DNA of 64,000 nucleotides from a virus. The notes under the pieces were generated by a model, which saw only the letters and a list, made by a program, of their open reading frames with translations, had not been told where the DNA came from and ran no database searches. Location: positions 1 to 64,000 of the IMG/VR virus record IMGVR_UViG_3300017917_001030. One strand, written 5' to 3'. Shown piece by piece: positions 28,411 to 37,486 of this stretch. Position numbers and translations under genes: made by a program. Within the stretch, counting starts at the first letter, position 1; every line of letters begins with the position of its first letter.

Positions 28411-29401
28411 AGCGGTTGTAGTTACGGGCTATGCAGGATACATCGGAGGACAAACCTGCATAGAACTAAAGAAGCAAGGTTACGAAGTATTTGGTATTGA
28501 TCGTCGCCTTGTTGAGCATACTACTCATTTTGTAGATGAGTTTGTTACTTCTGATTTTTGCGATCACGATTCATTGTCATTGATTAAAAAGGTCAAGCCC
28601 GTTGCTATTATACATTGTGCTGGTACTAGCCTAGTTGGCCCTAGCATGGTAATGCCTGAGGTATACTTTGAAAATAATGTGGCAAGAACAAATAGACTGT
28701 TGGAATTTGTTTCACGCTATGCTAAAGATGCAAAAATTATTTTTAGTAGTAGCGCTGCGGTATATGGTGATCCCGGTAATCAATCTAGCATAATTGAGGG
28801 AATGGATACCAATCCAATTTCACCATATGGTGAGTCTAAGTTGATGGTTGAAAAACTATTGCGTTGGTATAAGCAATGTCATGGTATTGATTATGTTTCA
28901 TTTAGATATTTCAATGCTGCTGGAGCTGACCCCGAAGGCAAGCATGGGCAAGAACCAAACGCAACACATATTATTGCCAAATTATTTGAAGCGGCATTGA
29001 ATAACACCGAATTCAATATGTATGGTTCGACTTATCCTACAAAGGATGGAACTTGTATTCGTGATTATATTCACGTAGCAGATATTGCACGTGCCCATGT
29101 TGCTGCTATAGACAAATATATTTCTGGGATATATAATTTAGGATCATTAACAGGCACATCTAATTTAGAGATGCAAATGCTTGTTGAAAAAACTATTGGA
29201 AAAGAAATTGTAACAGTATTCCAACATATGCGAGCAGGTGATCCTGCTAGATTAGTAGCGGATAGCTCAAAATTTAGATCGCTTGCAGACTGGACACCTC
29301 ATTATAGTAATGAGGATATTGTTAAAGATGCATACAAATGGTATACAAGTGACACGTACAAAACATTACAGAGGCCTTTGCGACGTTCATTCCCTCTATA
29401 A
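28388..29401 (+). CDS. galE: UDP-glucose 4-epimerase
   Basis: VTGYAGYIG, FSSSAAVYG, YGESK, RYFNAAGA, DGTCIRDYIHV.DIA.AH, R.GDP. Confidence 0.88.
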   Translation: MQQKQNTKAVVVTGYAGYIGGQTCIELKKQGYEVFGIDRRLVEHTTHFVDEFVTSDFCDHDSLSLIKKVKPVAIIHCAGTSLVGPSMVMPEVYFENNVARTNRLLEFVSRYAKDAKIIFSSSAAVYGDPGNQSSIIEGMDTNPISPYGESKLMVEKLLRWYKQCHGIDYVSFRYFNAAGADPEGKHGQEPNATHIIAKLFEAALNNTEFNMYGSTYPTKDGTCIRDYIHVADIARAHVAAIDKYISGIYNLGSLTGTSNLEMQMLVEKTIGKEIVTVFQHMRAGDPARLVADSSKFRSLADWTPHYSNEDIVKDAYKWYTSDTYKTLQRPLRRSFPL

Positions 29402-29443
29402 ACATTCTGCACGTCTTTAAACTTGCTACCTTTAAAGGAGACT
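29370..29443 (+). ncRNA. Candidate preQ1-I-like riboswitch / H-type pseudoknot in the queD leader
   Basis: P1 AGAGG(29370-74)/CCTCT(29393-97) is preceded by C and followed by ATAAA. P2 is GACGT(29382-86)/ACGTC(29411-15). A competing hairpin covers the AGGAG SD. Confidence 0.5.
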
Positions 29444-29447
29444 AGAG

Positions 29448-29978
29448 ATGGATAATCAAAATGATGTAGGACATATTTGGCGTTCTGCAAGACAATACAA
29501 ATACACAAGTACAAAAGAATATCACGATGCATTTCCGTGTGCATATCGTCAATGGCGCGCTGATAGCCATTGTAATTTAATCCACGGTTATAGTTTCAGT
29601 ATGAAGTTTTATTTTGGCACCGATAATTTAGATGCACGAAACTGGGCTGCTGATTATGGTGGTCTAAAAGACCTTAAGAAAGTTCTTGAAGATCAATTTG
29701 ACCATACATTGATTGTGGCGCAAGATGATCCTGAGCTTGAGACATTTATGATGTTGCAAGAAAAGAATATGGCTAAGATAATTGTATTACCCGCTGTCGG
29801 TTGCGAAATGCTGGCGGATCAATTATACAAGTATGTTAATGGAGTTTATATTCCTGAATACTGGGGCCCTGGAGAAGCAGAACGCCTATGGTGTTATCGA
29901 GTAGAAGTTCGTGAGACACAATCTAACATGGCTTTTAGAGAAGGTCATCGTGAATGGAATGAGGACTTATTCGCATGA
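29448..29978 (+). CDS. queD: 6-carboxy-5,6,7,8-tetrahydropterin synthase QueD (PTPS family)
   Basis: SHCNLIHGY, DYGGLK, FDHT, GCEMLA, VEVRET..N. Confidence 0.85.
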   Translation: MDNQNDVGHIWRSARQYKYTSTKEYHDAFPCAYRQWRADSHCNLIHGYSFSMKFYFGTDNLDARNWAADYGGLKDLKKVLEDQFDHTLIVAQDDPELETFMMLQEKNMAKIIVLPAVGCEMLADQLYKYVNGVYIPEYWGPGEAERLWCYRVEVRETQSNMAFREGHREWNEDLFA

Positions 29979-30307
29979 AATATAATATCTATGATATCGG
30001 CGGCGAAGTTGTTAAGGACAACGAAACGTATGTTCTTAAAGACAACAAAGCTTTAAATAATCTTGTACTTAGTTCCACTGATCTAAAGCCCGGACAAAGT
30101 ACACGTGGGCATAGTCATCCCGGGCAGGAAGAAGTTTATTACTTTGTTTCTGGTACGGGTGAAATGGAACTGGATGACAAGAAATTTAATGTCCAGGGTG
30201 GGGATGTTGTTCTAATACCGGACGGTGCCTTCCATCGTGTTCACAACAGTTCAAAAGTTAACCCATTGTATTTTGTTTGTGTATTTGACGGCAAGCGAAA
30301 TCACTAA
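29975..30307 (+). CDS. Cupin-domain protein (mannose-6-P isomerase-like)
   Basis: GHSH..QEEVYYF..G.G.M and GDVVLIPDGAFHRVHN cupin motifs. Confidence 0.8.
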   Translation: MKYNIYDIGGEVVKDNETYVLKDNKALNNLVLSSTDLKPGQSTRGHSHPGQEEVYYFVSGTGEMELDDKKFNVQGGDVVLIPDGAFHRVHNSSKVNPLYFVCVFDGKRNH

Positions 30308-30308
30308 T

Positions 30309-31367
30309 ATGAAATTATGCTTATTGGGCGACACACATTTTGGTGTCAGAAATGATTCGAGAGCTTTTCATCAGTATTATGAGAAATTCTATAGTGAGAT
30401 ATTTTTCCCATATCTAGAAGAACATAATATTGATACTGTTATTCAATTGGGCGACTTGTTTGATCGTAGAAAGTATATTAACTTTCTTTCCTTGGCTGAA
30501 TCTAGAAGATACTTCTTTGATGAACTAGCAAAAAGAAATATTAAACTTATTGCCTTAATTGGTAACCACGATATCTTCTGGAAAGAAAGTCTTTCTGTAA
30601 ATTCCCCGAGATTGCTTCTTAAAGATTACACTAATATTACATTGGTGGAAAATCCCACGGCTATGATGTTTGATACTATGAAGATGGACATTATTCCTTG
30701 GATTTGTAAAGAGAACGAAAAAGAGATAGCGTCGTTTATTACAGAGAGCAATGCCGACTATTGTCTTGGACATTTTGAATTGTCTGGATTTCAGATGATG
30801 AAAGGTATTGAAAGCCATGATGGTATGGATAGATCATTATTGTCATCTTATAATCATGTCTTTAGCGGACACTATCACACTAAGTCTACTCAGGATAACA
30901 TTACGTATCTAGGTACACCATATGAACTTGCATGGAACGACGAAGGCGACGTAAAAGGTTTCTATGTTCTTGATACTGATAAGCCGGAGGATGTACAGTT
31001 TGTAGTAAATACAAACCAAATGTTTGTTAAGTATTACTATGATGACGAAAAGGAAGATCCTCGTTCTATAGATACATCCTACTTTGCTAGCAAATATGTA
31101 AAGCTTGTGGTCGTCAATAAGAAAGACTTTTTGAAATTCGATAAATTTATTGAATCAATTTATAACAAAAGTCCTATTGAATTAAAAATCATCGAAGACT
31201 TTTCGGAGTTCGAAGCCGACGCCTTAGATGAATCTATTGACTTAGAAGATACTATGACATTATTATCAGAGTATGTCGATAATATTGAAACAGATGTAGA
31301 CAAAGAGAAACTAAAAACACTATTGAAAACTCTTTATGTCGAAGCTCAGCATTATGAGGAAGCATGA
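30309..31367 (+). CDS. gp47: Recombination endonuclease subunit gp47 (Mre11/SbcD-like)
   Basis: GDTHFG, LGDLFDRR, GNHD, GHFE, SGHYH; ATG at 30309. Confidence 0.95.
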   Translation: MKLCLLGDTHFGVRNDSRAFHQYYEKFYSEIFFPYLEEHNIDTVIQLGDLFDRRKYINFLSLAESRRYFFDELAKRNIKLIALIGNHDIFWKESLSVNSPRLLLKDYTNITLVENPTAMMFDTMKMDIIPWICKENEKEIASFITESNADYCLGHFELSGFQMMKGIESHDGMDRSLLSSYNHVFSGHYHTKSTQDNITYLGTPYELAWNDEGDVKGFYVLDTDKPEDVQFVVNTNQMFVKYYYDDEKEDPRSIDTSYFASKYVKLVVVNKKDFLKFDKFIESIYNKSPIELKIIEDFSEFEADALDESIDLEDTMTLLSEYVDNIETDVDKEKLKTLLKTLYVEAQHYEEA

Positions 31368-33079
31368 TAAGATTTACTAAAATTCGATGGAAGAACTTTC
31401 TTTCTACGGGTGGACAATTTACAGAGATTGAATTTACAAAGCATCCATCTACTCTTATTGTGGGGGAAAACGGTGCGGGTAAAAGTACTATTCTAGATGC
31501 TATTTGTTTTGCCCTATTCAACAAACCATTTAGAAATATCAATAAGCCTCAGCTTATGAATAGCATTAACGGCAAGCATCTTGTCGTTGAGGTTGAGTTT
31601 ACTATTGGCAAAAAAGATTATAAAATCATTCGAGGAATGAAGCCAGGTATATTTGAAATATACTGCGACGACAATCTAATGAACCAGGATGCTGCAGCAA
31701 GAGATTACCAAAAGTATCTTGAGGAAAGTATTCTTAAGTTAAACTATAAGTCTTTTACTCAGATTGTTATTCTCGGTTCAGCATCCTTTACGCCGTTCAT
31801 GCAGTTATCACTTGGACATAGACGTGAGATCATCGAGGATATTCTAGATATTCAAATCTTTACCGTCATGAATAGTTTGTTAAAGGACAAAGCTAATGAC
31901 ATTAAAGCCTCAATTACGGAGATTGAGAATAGTATTACTTTGGGTAAAGACAGAGTAAAGGTGCAACAACAGTATGTTGCTACACTCGAAACAGATAAAC
32001 AGAAAAAGATTGATGACACAAAGAGTCGTATTGAAGAAGTTAAGGCAGAAATCGCAGGCCTAAATGCAACCGTTGAAGAAGAAAAGAATATTTGTGATAC
32101 TTTGGAGCAATCTATAAATGATGCTGACGACAAGAGGACAAAGCGATCAGAACTTTCTAGTTTATTGAAGAAGCTAGGCGAAAAGATTAAGACGCAGGAA
32201 ACAAGCATTACGTTCTATGAGGAACACGATGTATGTCCTACATGCAATCAAAATATGGATGATGACCTTCGTACAACAGCTAAGGAAACACATAAGCATA
32301 AGATTGACGAAATCCAAACTGCTATACAAACTCTGACCGAAAAAATAACTGAGATTGATAATCGTTTAACAGAAATTTCTGATATAGAAGACAATATTAC
32401 AGACCATAAGAATAATGTAGTTCAATTACAATCTAAGGTAATTGCATCCCACACATATCTGCAGAAGCTTCAAAATGAGCTTGATTCTAATAATACAGAT
32501 ACTGCAAATATAGACGAAGAAAAGACAAAGCTAAAAACACTTGCTAAACAAGTTTTATCGCTTGCAGAAGACAAAAGTAAAATTACAGAACAAAAACATT
32601 ACCTGGATATTGCATCTGTACTACTAAAAGATACCGGTATTAAAACTAAGATTATTAAACAGTATCTACCTGTTATTAATAAATTAGTAAATAAATACTT
32701 GGCGGCAATGGATTTCTTTGTTCACTTTGAATTAGATGAGTCCTTTAATGAGACAATTAAATCTAGACATAGAGATGAATTTAGTTATGCCTCATTTAGT
32801 GAGGGTGAAAAGCAAAGAATTGATTTAGCATTATTGTTTACCTGGAGAACGATTGCTAAAATGAAGAATAGTGCAAGTACAAATCTATTGTTATTGGATG
32901 AAGTATTTGATTCTTCACTAGATGCCAACGGAACAGATTATGTTATGAATTTATTAGATACTATTGGTAATGACACTAACGTGTTTGTTATCTCGCATAA
33001 AGGCGACCAGTTATTTGATAAATTTAAGTCTGTTATTAAATTCCAAAAATATCAAAATTATAGTAGAATATCAACATGA
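31364..33079 (+). CDS. gp46: Recombination endonuclease ATPase subunit gp46 (Rad50/SbcC-like)
   Basis: GENGAGKS, CPTC zinc hook, FSEGEK signature, LLDEVFD, ISH. Confidence 0.96.
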   Translation: MIRFTKIRWKNFLSTGGQFTEIEFTKHPSTLIVGENGAGKSTILDAICFALFNKPFRNINKPQLMNSINGKHLVVEVEFTIGKKDYKIIRGMKPGIFEIYCDDNLMNQDAAARDYQKYLEESILKLNYKSFTQIVILGSASFTPFMQLSLGHRREIIEDILDIQIFTVMNSLLKDKANDIKASITEIENSITLGKDRVKVQQQYVATLETDKQKKIDDTKSRIEEVKAEIAGLNATVEEEKNICDTLEQSINDADDKRTKRSELSSLLKKLGEKIKTQETSITFYEEHDVCPTCNQNMDDDLRTTAKETHKHKIDEIQTAIQTLTEKITEIDNRLTEISDIEDNITDHKNNVVQLQSKVIASHTYLQKLQNELDSNNTDTANIDEEKTKLKTLAKQVLSLAEDKSKITEQKHYLDIASVLLKDTGIKTKIIKQYLPVINKLVNKYLAAMDFFVHFELDESFNETIKSRHRDEFSYASFSEGEKQRIDLALLFTWRTIAKMKNSASTNLLLLDEVFDSSLDANGTDYVMNLLDTIGNDTNVFVISHKGDQLFDKFKSVIKFQKYQNYSRIST

Positions 33080-33645
33080 TTATTAGAAAAGACCAGCTTA
33101 ATTTAATTGAACCTGAAAGTGAATTATTGCAGCGTCCGCCTGCACTGTTTGACTTCGAAAAGGACGGTGCAGATGCCGAAATGATTTCGAATCTATTATT
33201 TGAGAAAATGAAACAACTAGGCGGGGCTGGGTTAAGTGCTAACCAAGTTGGTCTTGATATTAGAATGTTTGTTATGGGATTGGATAATATTAAAATTGCA
33301 GTATTTAATCCTGAGATTATTTCTTATTCAGAAGATACAGATCATTTTGATGAAGGTTGTTTATCTTATCCAGGATTAATGCTTAGAATTAAACGCCCTA
33401 AATCTATTAATGTTAGATATTATAATCAAAATAATGAGTTAATAGAAACTCCTGTAGAAGGATTAACTGCTAGAATATTCCAACATGAATATGACCACAT
33501 GATGGGACATAATTTTACAGAACGAGTTTCTAAATTAAAATTAGATTTTGCTAAAAAGAAATTTGAAAATAAAAAGAAAAAGATTATTAAAAAATACGCA
33601 GCTAAAACAATGATCGAGGCTTTAAATGACCATACAAATTCCTAA
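33076..33645 (+). CDS. def: Peptide deformylase
   Basis: GAGLSANQVG, EGCLS, QHEYDH. Confidence 0.93.
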   Translation: MIIRKDQLNLIEPESELLQRPPALFDFEKDGADAEMISNLLFEKMKQLGGAGLSANQVGLDIRMFVMGLDNIKIAVFNPEIISYSEDTDHFDEGCLSYPGLMLRIKRPKSINVRYYNQNNELIETPVEGLTARIFQHEYDHMMGHNFTERVSKLKLDFAKKKFENKKKKIIKKYAAKTMIEALNDHTNS

Positions 33646-34033
33646 AGAATATGATGATGGATATGACTTCGGATTTACCGCAGTAGATTCTGAAGAAACA
33701 GTTATTGAAAAACCCGTAGTAAATACCGAACCAATTAATCAAAATCTATCTAGTTTAGATGATAAGGTTTCTGATATATTATCTAAAATAGATGCATTAG
33801 AAGAAATTATTAAAGCAAGTGCTGGTGCAGGTAAAGAGTTTGATATAGATTCATATCGCCAGTTAGTTGAAAAAGATGTAAAGGAAAAATTAATTAAATT
33901 AGAAGGATTAATTCTTCCATTATTAATTAATTTAAAAAAGAATCCTGATAAAGATATTATCAAGTGGCCTAATCGAGTACCCGTCATTGACTCACAAATA
34001 CAAAAAATTCTAGCCATAACAAGAGCAACTTAA
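33626..34033 (+). CDS. Conserved T4-like hypothetical protein
   Basis: DFGFTAVD N-terminus and LILPLL.NLKKNPDKD.I.WPNR C-terminus. Confidence 0.6.
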   Translation: MTIQIPKEYDDGYDFGFTAVDSEETVIEKPVVNTEPINQNLSSLDDKVSDILSKIDALEEIIKASAGAGKEFDIDSYRQLVEKDVKEKLIKLEGLILPLLINLKKNPDKDIIKWPNRVPVIDSQIQKILAITRAT

Positions 34034-34056
34034 TAAAAAGGTTTTACCTTTTAGGA

Positions 34057-34085
34057 TTGACACCGTTGTCGCCAGGTGTTATAAT
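34057..34085 (+). promoter_or_regulatory. Consensus sigma70 early promoter
   Basis: TTGACA-17 nt-TATAAT with an extended -10 TG. Confidence 0.88.
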
Positions 34086-34106
34086 TAGACATAGTAAGGA
34101 GCAACT

Positions 34107-36176
34107 ATGTCAATTGAACAATCTAAATCTATTCTGGCAAAACTTCTAGCTCAAGAGAACATCTCAGTCGAGCACCGCAAAACCACAACTGCATACTTTG
34201 ACCCGAAGAATCGGGTGCTGACGCTTCCTATTTGGAAGAACATGAGCAACAACGTTTATGACTTGCTTGTAGGTCACGAAGTAGGTCACGCATGGGCAAC
34301 CCCGCCCGAAGGTTGGCACGATCAAGTTACAGGCAATTCTCCGGGTTTCAAGACTTATCTTAACGTTGTCGAAGATGCTCGTATCGAGCGCAAGATCAAG
34401 AGCATGTATCCTGGTCTCAAGTCTTCTTTCTATGCTGGCTATCGAGAACTAGTCGAACAAGACTTTTTCGGTATCACAAAATATAACCTTAAAGTCAACA
34501 AGCTTTCTTTGATCGATCGTTTGAATTTGCACTTTAAGATCGGTCCCTTCATGGCAGTCGAATTCAAACCCTCTGAACAGGTCTATGTTGAGCGTATGGA
34601 GAAGCTTGAGACCTGGGCCGAGGTTGTGGCTCTTGCTAAAGAACTTTATAAGAAACGCATCGAAGAACTTGAAGACATCACCGAGGGCGATGTTGAGCTT
34701 GTAGAGTCTGACGAAATGGATAAGGACGATGACGGTGACGGCGATTCGACCGGCGAAACTACTTATGAGTCTACGTATGATCCTGAATCTGTAACAGATG
34801 CAGAATTTCGTCGACGTGAGAAAGAACTAATCGACCCAACGATTCTTCCTTATCGTTATGCTAACCTACCTACAGTTGATATTGATAAGTGTATTATTGA
34901 TTACAAGACTTTGTACTCAAAAACAGAATGGCCCGCTCCTCGGCCGGATGTAAAATCTGACAAGACACTGCACGATGAATATAAGAGCCATAATTCTCGA
35001 TTCATTCAGTATCTTGTTAAAGAATTTGAACTTCGTCGAAATGCGGCCCAAATGGCACGTGCAACAGTAGCACGCACCGGCGAGCTTGATATTAACAAAG
35101 CATTCTCATACAAGATCAAGGATGATCTGTTCAAACGTGTAACTAATATCCCCGGTGGAAAGAATCACGGAATGGTAATGTTTGTTGATTGGTCTGGCTC
35201 TATGGGTGATGTTCTAAAAGCTACTATCGAGCAAACACTGGTGCTTGCAGATTTTTGCCGAAAGGTCAACATTCCTTTCCGTGTATTTGCATTTTCAGAT
35301 CATCCAGAGGCTTCGGTTTACGCACATCATAAAAATATCTATACTCAGAAACCCGATGCAAAATTCTCAATGCGTGACGGTGATATGTATATCGGATATT
35401 CTACGTTCTATGCTCTTGAAATTTTGTCTAGTCGTATGAGTATTGCAGATTACAATTTTGCTCAGCAAAAACTATTGTTTATTGGCGATTGTAATCAACG
35501 ACGTCATGGGTATCTTCAACGTCCCTTTGACGTTCCAGATACACTTCGCTTGAATGGTACGCCTTTGAATGAGAGTATTATTTTTGCGACAAAGTTTGTG
35601 CCTGCATTCAAAGAACAACACCGTCTGGATGTGGTGAATACTATTTTCTTGACTGACGGTGAATCTAACGAAATGGATTCAATCTGTAATAATGGAACTC
35701 GTCAAAGTCTGAATACCAAGTATGGTCTGCCATATCGGTCACGTTCTAATACGATCATTAAAGATCGAGCAACAGGTCACGAAGGTCATGCTAAACCCGA
35801 CCAGCCCATTACAATCGCATTTCTAGAATTGTTCCGTAAAATTACAGGTACAAATGCTATTGGTTATTATCTAATTAATTCATCTAATAAAAATACAATT
35901 ATTAATACTGCACACCGTGCAGGTATTAATGCTAATCCAGATAAGATTATCAGCGATATTAAAGAAAATAAATTCTTTATGGTTTCTGATTATGGATATA
36001 GTAAATATTTTATTGTTAAATCAAGTGATATTGAAATTACCGATGATATTATTAATATCTCTACAGATGAAGCAAAATCTTCACCGAAGAAACTAGCCAA
36101 AGCATTCACAGAAATGCAAAAGAAAAAGTTGGTCAATCGTGTTCTTTTGAATCGATTTGTTGCAGAAATTGCTTGA
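34107..36176 (+). CDS. HExxH metallopeptidase-like plus vWA-domain protein (CobT-like partner of a MoxR ATPase)
   Basis: HEVGH...NVVEDARIE N-terminal domain; MIDAS DWSGSM, GTPL, FLTDGE. Confidence 0.8.
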   Translation: MSIEQSKSILAKLLAQENISVEHRKTTTAYFDPKNRVLTLPIWKNMSNNVYDLLVGHEVGHAWATPPEGWHDQVTGNSPGFKTYLNVVEDARIERKIKSMYPGLKSSFYAGYRELVEQDFFGITKYNLKVNKLSLIDRLNLHFKIGPFMAVEFKPSEQVYVERMEKLETWAEVVALAKELYKKRIEELEDITEGDVELVESDEMDKDDDGDGDSTGETTYESTYDPESVTDAEFRRREKELIDPTILPYRYANLPTVDIDKCIIDYKTLYSKTEWPAPRPDVKSDKTLHDEYKSHNSRFIQYLVKEFELRRNAAQMARATVARTGELDINKAFSYKIKDDLFKRVTNIPGGKNHGMVMFVDWSGSMGDVLKATIEQTLVLADFCRKVNIPFRVFAFSDHPEASVYAHHKNIYTQKPDAKFSMRDGDMYIGYSTFYALEILSSRMSIADYNFAQQKLLFIGDCNQRRHGYLQRPFDVPDTLRLNGTPLNESIIFATKFVPAFKEQHRLDVVNTIFLTDGESNEMDSICNNGTRQSLNTKYGLPYRSRSNTIIKDRATGHEGHAKPDQPITIAFLELFRKITGTNAIGYYLINSSNKNTIINTAHRAGINANPDKIISDIKENKFFMVSDYGYSKYFIVKSSDIEITDDIINISTDEAKSSPKKLAKAFTEMQKKKLVNRVLLNRFVAEIA

Positions 36177-36201
36177 CACCTGCATCAAACGGCTTTATAA
36201 T
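36173..36201 (+). promoter_or_regulatory. Consensus sigma70 early promoter
   Basis: TTGACA-17 nt-TATAAT overlapping the upstream stop codon. Confidence 0.88.
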
Positions 36202-36234
36202 TAATTTGTTCACACACCCACAGGAGTTTACATT

Positions 36235-37389
36235 ATGAAATCGACTATTGACAAAGCAGCTCTGATCGCCACTCTTAAAGACAAGTTTGGCACATCTGTT
36301 AAACGTAAAGATGTTCTGACCTATGTTAAAGAAAAGAACATGCCGATTCCCAATTGGCTAATTAATGGTGCAGAGTATAAATCTGGTATTCGTGGTATTA
36401 TTAATCTTGGAAGTACAGTTATGCCTACAGAAGAAACACCTGCGCCCGTAATCAATGCCCAGGTATTGCAGATTGAGCCGCTTCGTCAAAAGAAACTTCT
36501 TGCAGAAGTCGGTGATCTAATTCCGGCGAAAGATGCACATTATGTTCCTTTCGGGTTTTACCGTGATCTGGAATCTATTATCAACTCGAAAGTGTTCTAC
36601 CCGGTGTTTATCACTGGTCTTACGGGTAACGGTAAGACTACAATGGTCGAACAAGTTTGCGCTAAACTGAAGCGAGAATGTATTCGTGTGAACGTTTCTA
36701 TTGAAACTGACGAAGACGATTTGGTCGGCGGTCGAACTCTGATTGATGGCAACATCACATTCCAAGAAGGCCCAGTCCTTTTGGCAATGCGTCGAGGTGC
36801 TGTTCTGCTGATTGACGAGATCGATCGTGGTAGCAACAAACTAATGTGTATTCAAGGTATTCTTGAAGGCAAGCCTTTCTTCAATAAAAAGACAGGCGAC
36901 GTTATCAACCCCGCTCCTGGTTTTACTGTTATTGCTACAGCAAACACTAAAGGTCAAGGTTCGGATAGCGGCAAGTATATTGCAGCACAAATTTTGGATG
37001 AGGCGTTCCTTGAGCGTTTCCCAATTACTGTTGAACAAGAATATCCCACATCTAAGATCGAGCGCAAGATTGTTATCAATAACATGAAAGCTCATAACTG
37101 CGTGGATGAGGATTTTGCAGACAAGCTTGTTAAATGGGCAGAGGTTATTCGCAAGACCTATATGGAAGAAGCGATCGATGAAATGATCTCGACTCGACGT
37201 CTTGTTCATATTGTTCGAGCATTTGCTATGTTCAAAGATCAAAAGAAAGCTATTGAACTTTGTATTAACCGCTTTGATGCAGATACAAAGAACGCATTCC
37301 TTGATCTTTACAAGAAGCTGGAAGAACCTGCTCCGACTCAGGATACAGTACAGCCTTCACCGAATGAAGACAAAGAAATCGAATTCTAA
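36235..37389 (+). CDS. cobS: MoxR-family AAA+ ATPase (phage CobS-like)
   Basis: GLTGNGKT, LLIDEID, ATANTKGQG, LDEAFLERF, STRRL. Confidence 0.88.
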   Translation: MKSTIDKAALIATLKDKFGTSVKRKDVLTYVKEKNMPIPNWLINGAEYKSGIRGIINLGSTVMPTEETPAPVINAQVLQIEPLRQKKLLAEVGDLIPAKDAHYVPFGFYRDLESIINSKVFYPVFITGLTGNGKTTMVEQVCAKLKRECIRVNVSIETDEDDLVGGRTLIDGNITFQEGPVLLAMRRGAVLLIDEIDRGSNKLMCIQGILEGKPFFNKKTGDVINPAPGFTVIATANTKGQGSDSGKYIAAQILDEAFLERFPITVEQEYPTSKIERKIVINNMKAHNCVDEDFADKLVKWAEVIRKTYMEEAIDEMISTRRLVHIVRAFAMFKDQKKAIELCINRFDADTKNAFLDLYKKLEEPAPTQDTVQPSPNEDKEIEF

Positions 37390-37405
37390 ATTTTTTATTT
37401 TATTC

Positions 37406-37428
37406 AAAGGGCGCCCAGCGCCCTTTTT
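37406..37428 (+). terminator. Rho-independent terminator
   Basis: AAAGGGCGC-CCA-GCGCCCTTT-TT. Confidence 0.85.
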
Positions 37429-37443
37429 CCTGTTTCTATAGGC

Positions 37444-37451
37444 TATAAATA
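37444..37451 (+). promoter_or_regulatory. T4-type late promoter heading the glycan island
   Basis: Exact TATAAATA between the terminator and the gmd RBS. Confidence 0.75.
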
Positions 37452-37486
37452 ATTTAGATATTATAATTACATAATAAGGAACTGAA

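Noticed and set aside
21580-29978. Interpretation as simple tRNA-queuosine or folate auxiliary metabolism
   Set aside because: No queA/queG/queF or folB/folK/folP genes are in the window. The transglycosylase lacks the CxCxxC zinc site of bacterial tRNA TGT and is flanked by GTs, so DNA modification fits better, although it is unproven.
36235-37389. Cobalamin biosynthesis role for the cobS-like gene
   Set aside because: No cobN or other cob genes are present. The motifs only support a generic MoxR AAA+ ATPase paired with a vWA protein.
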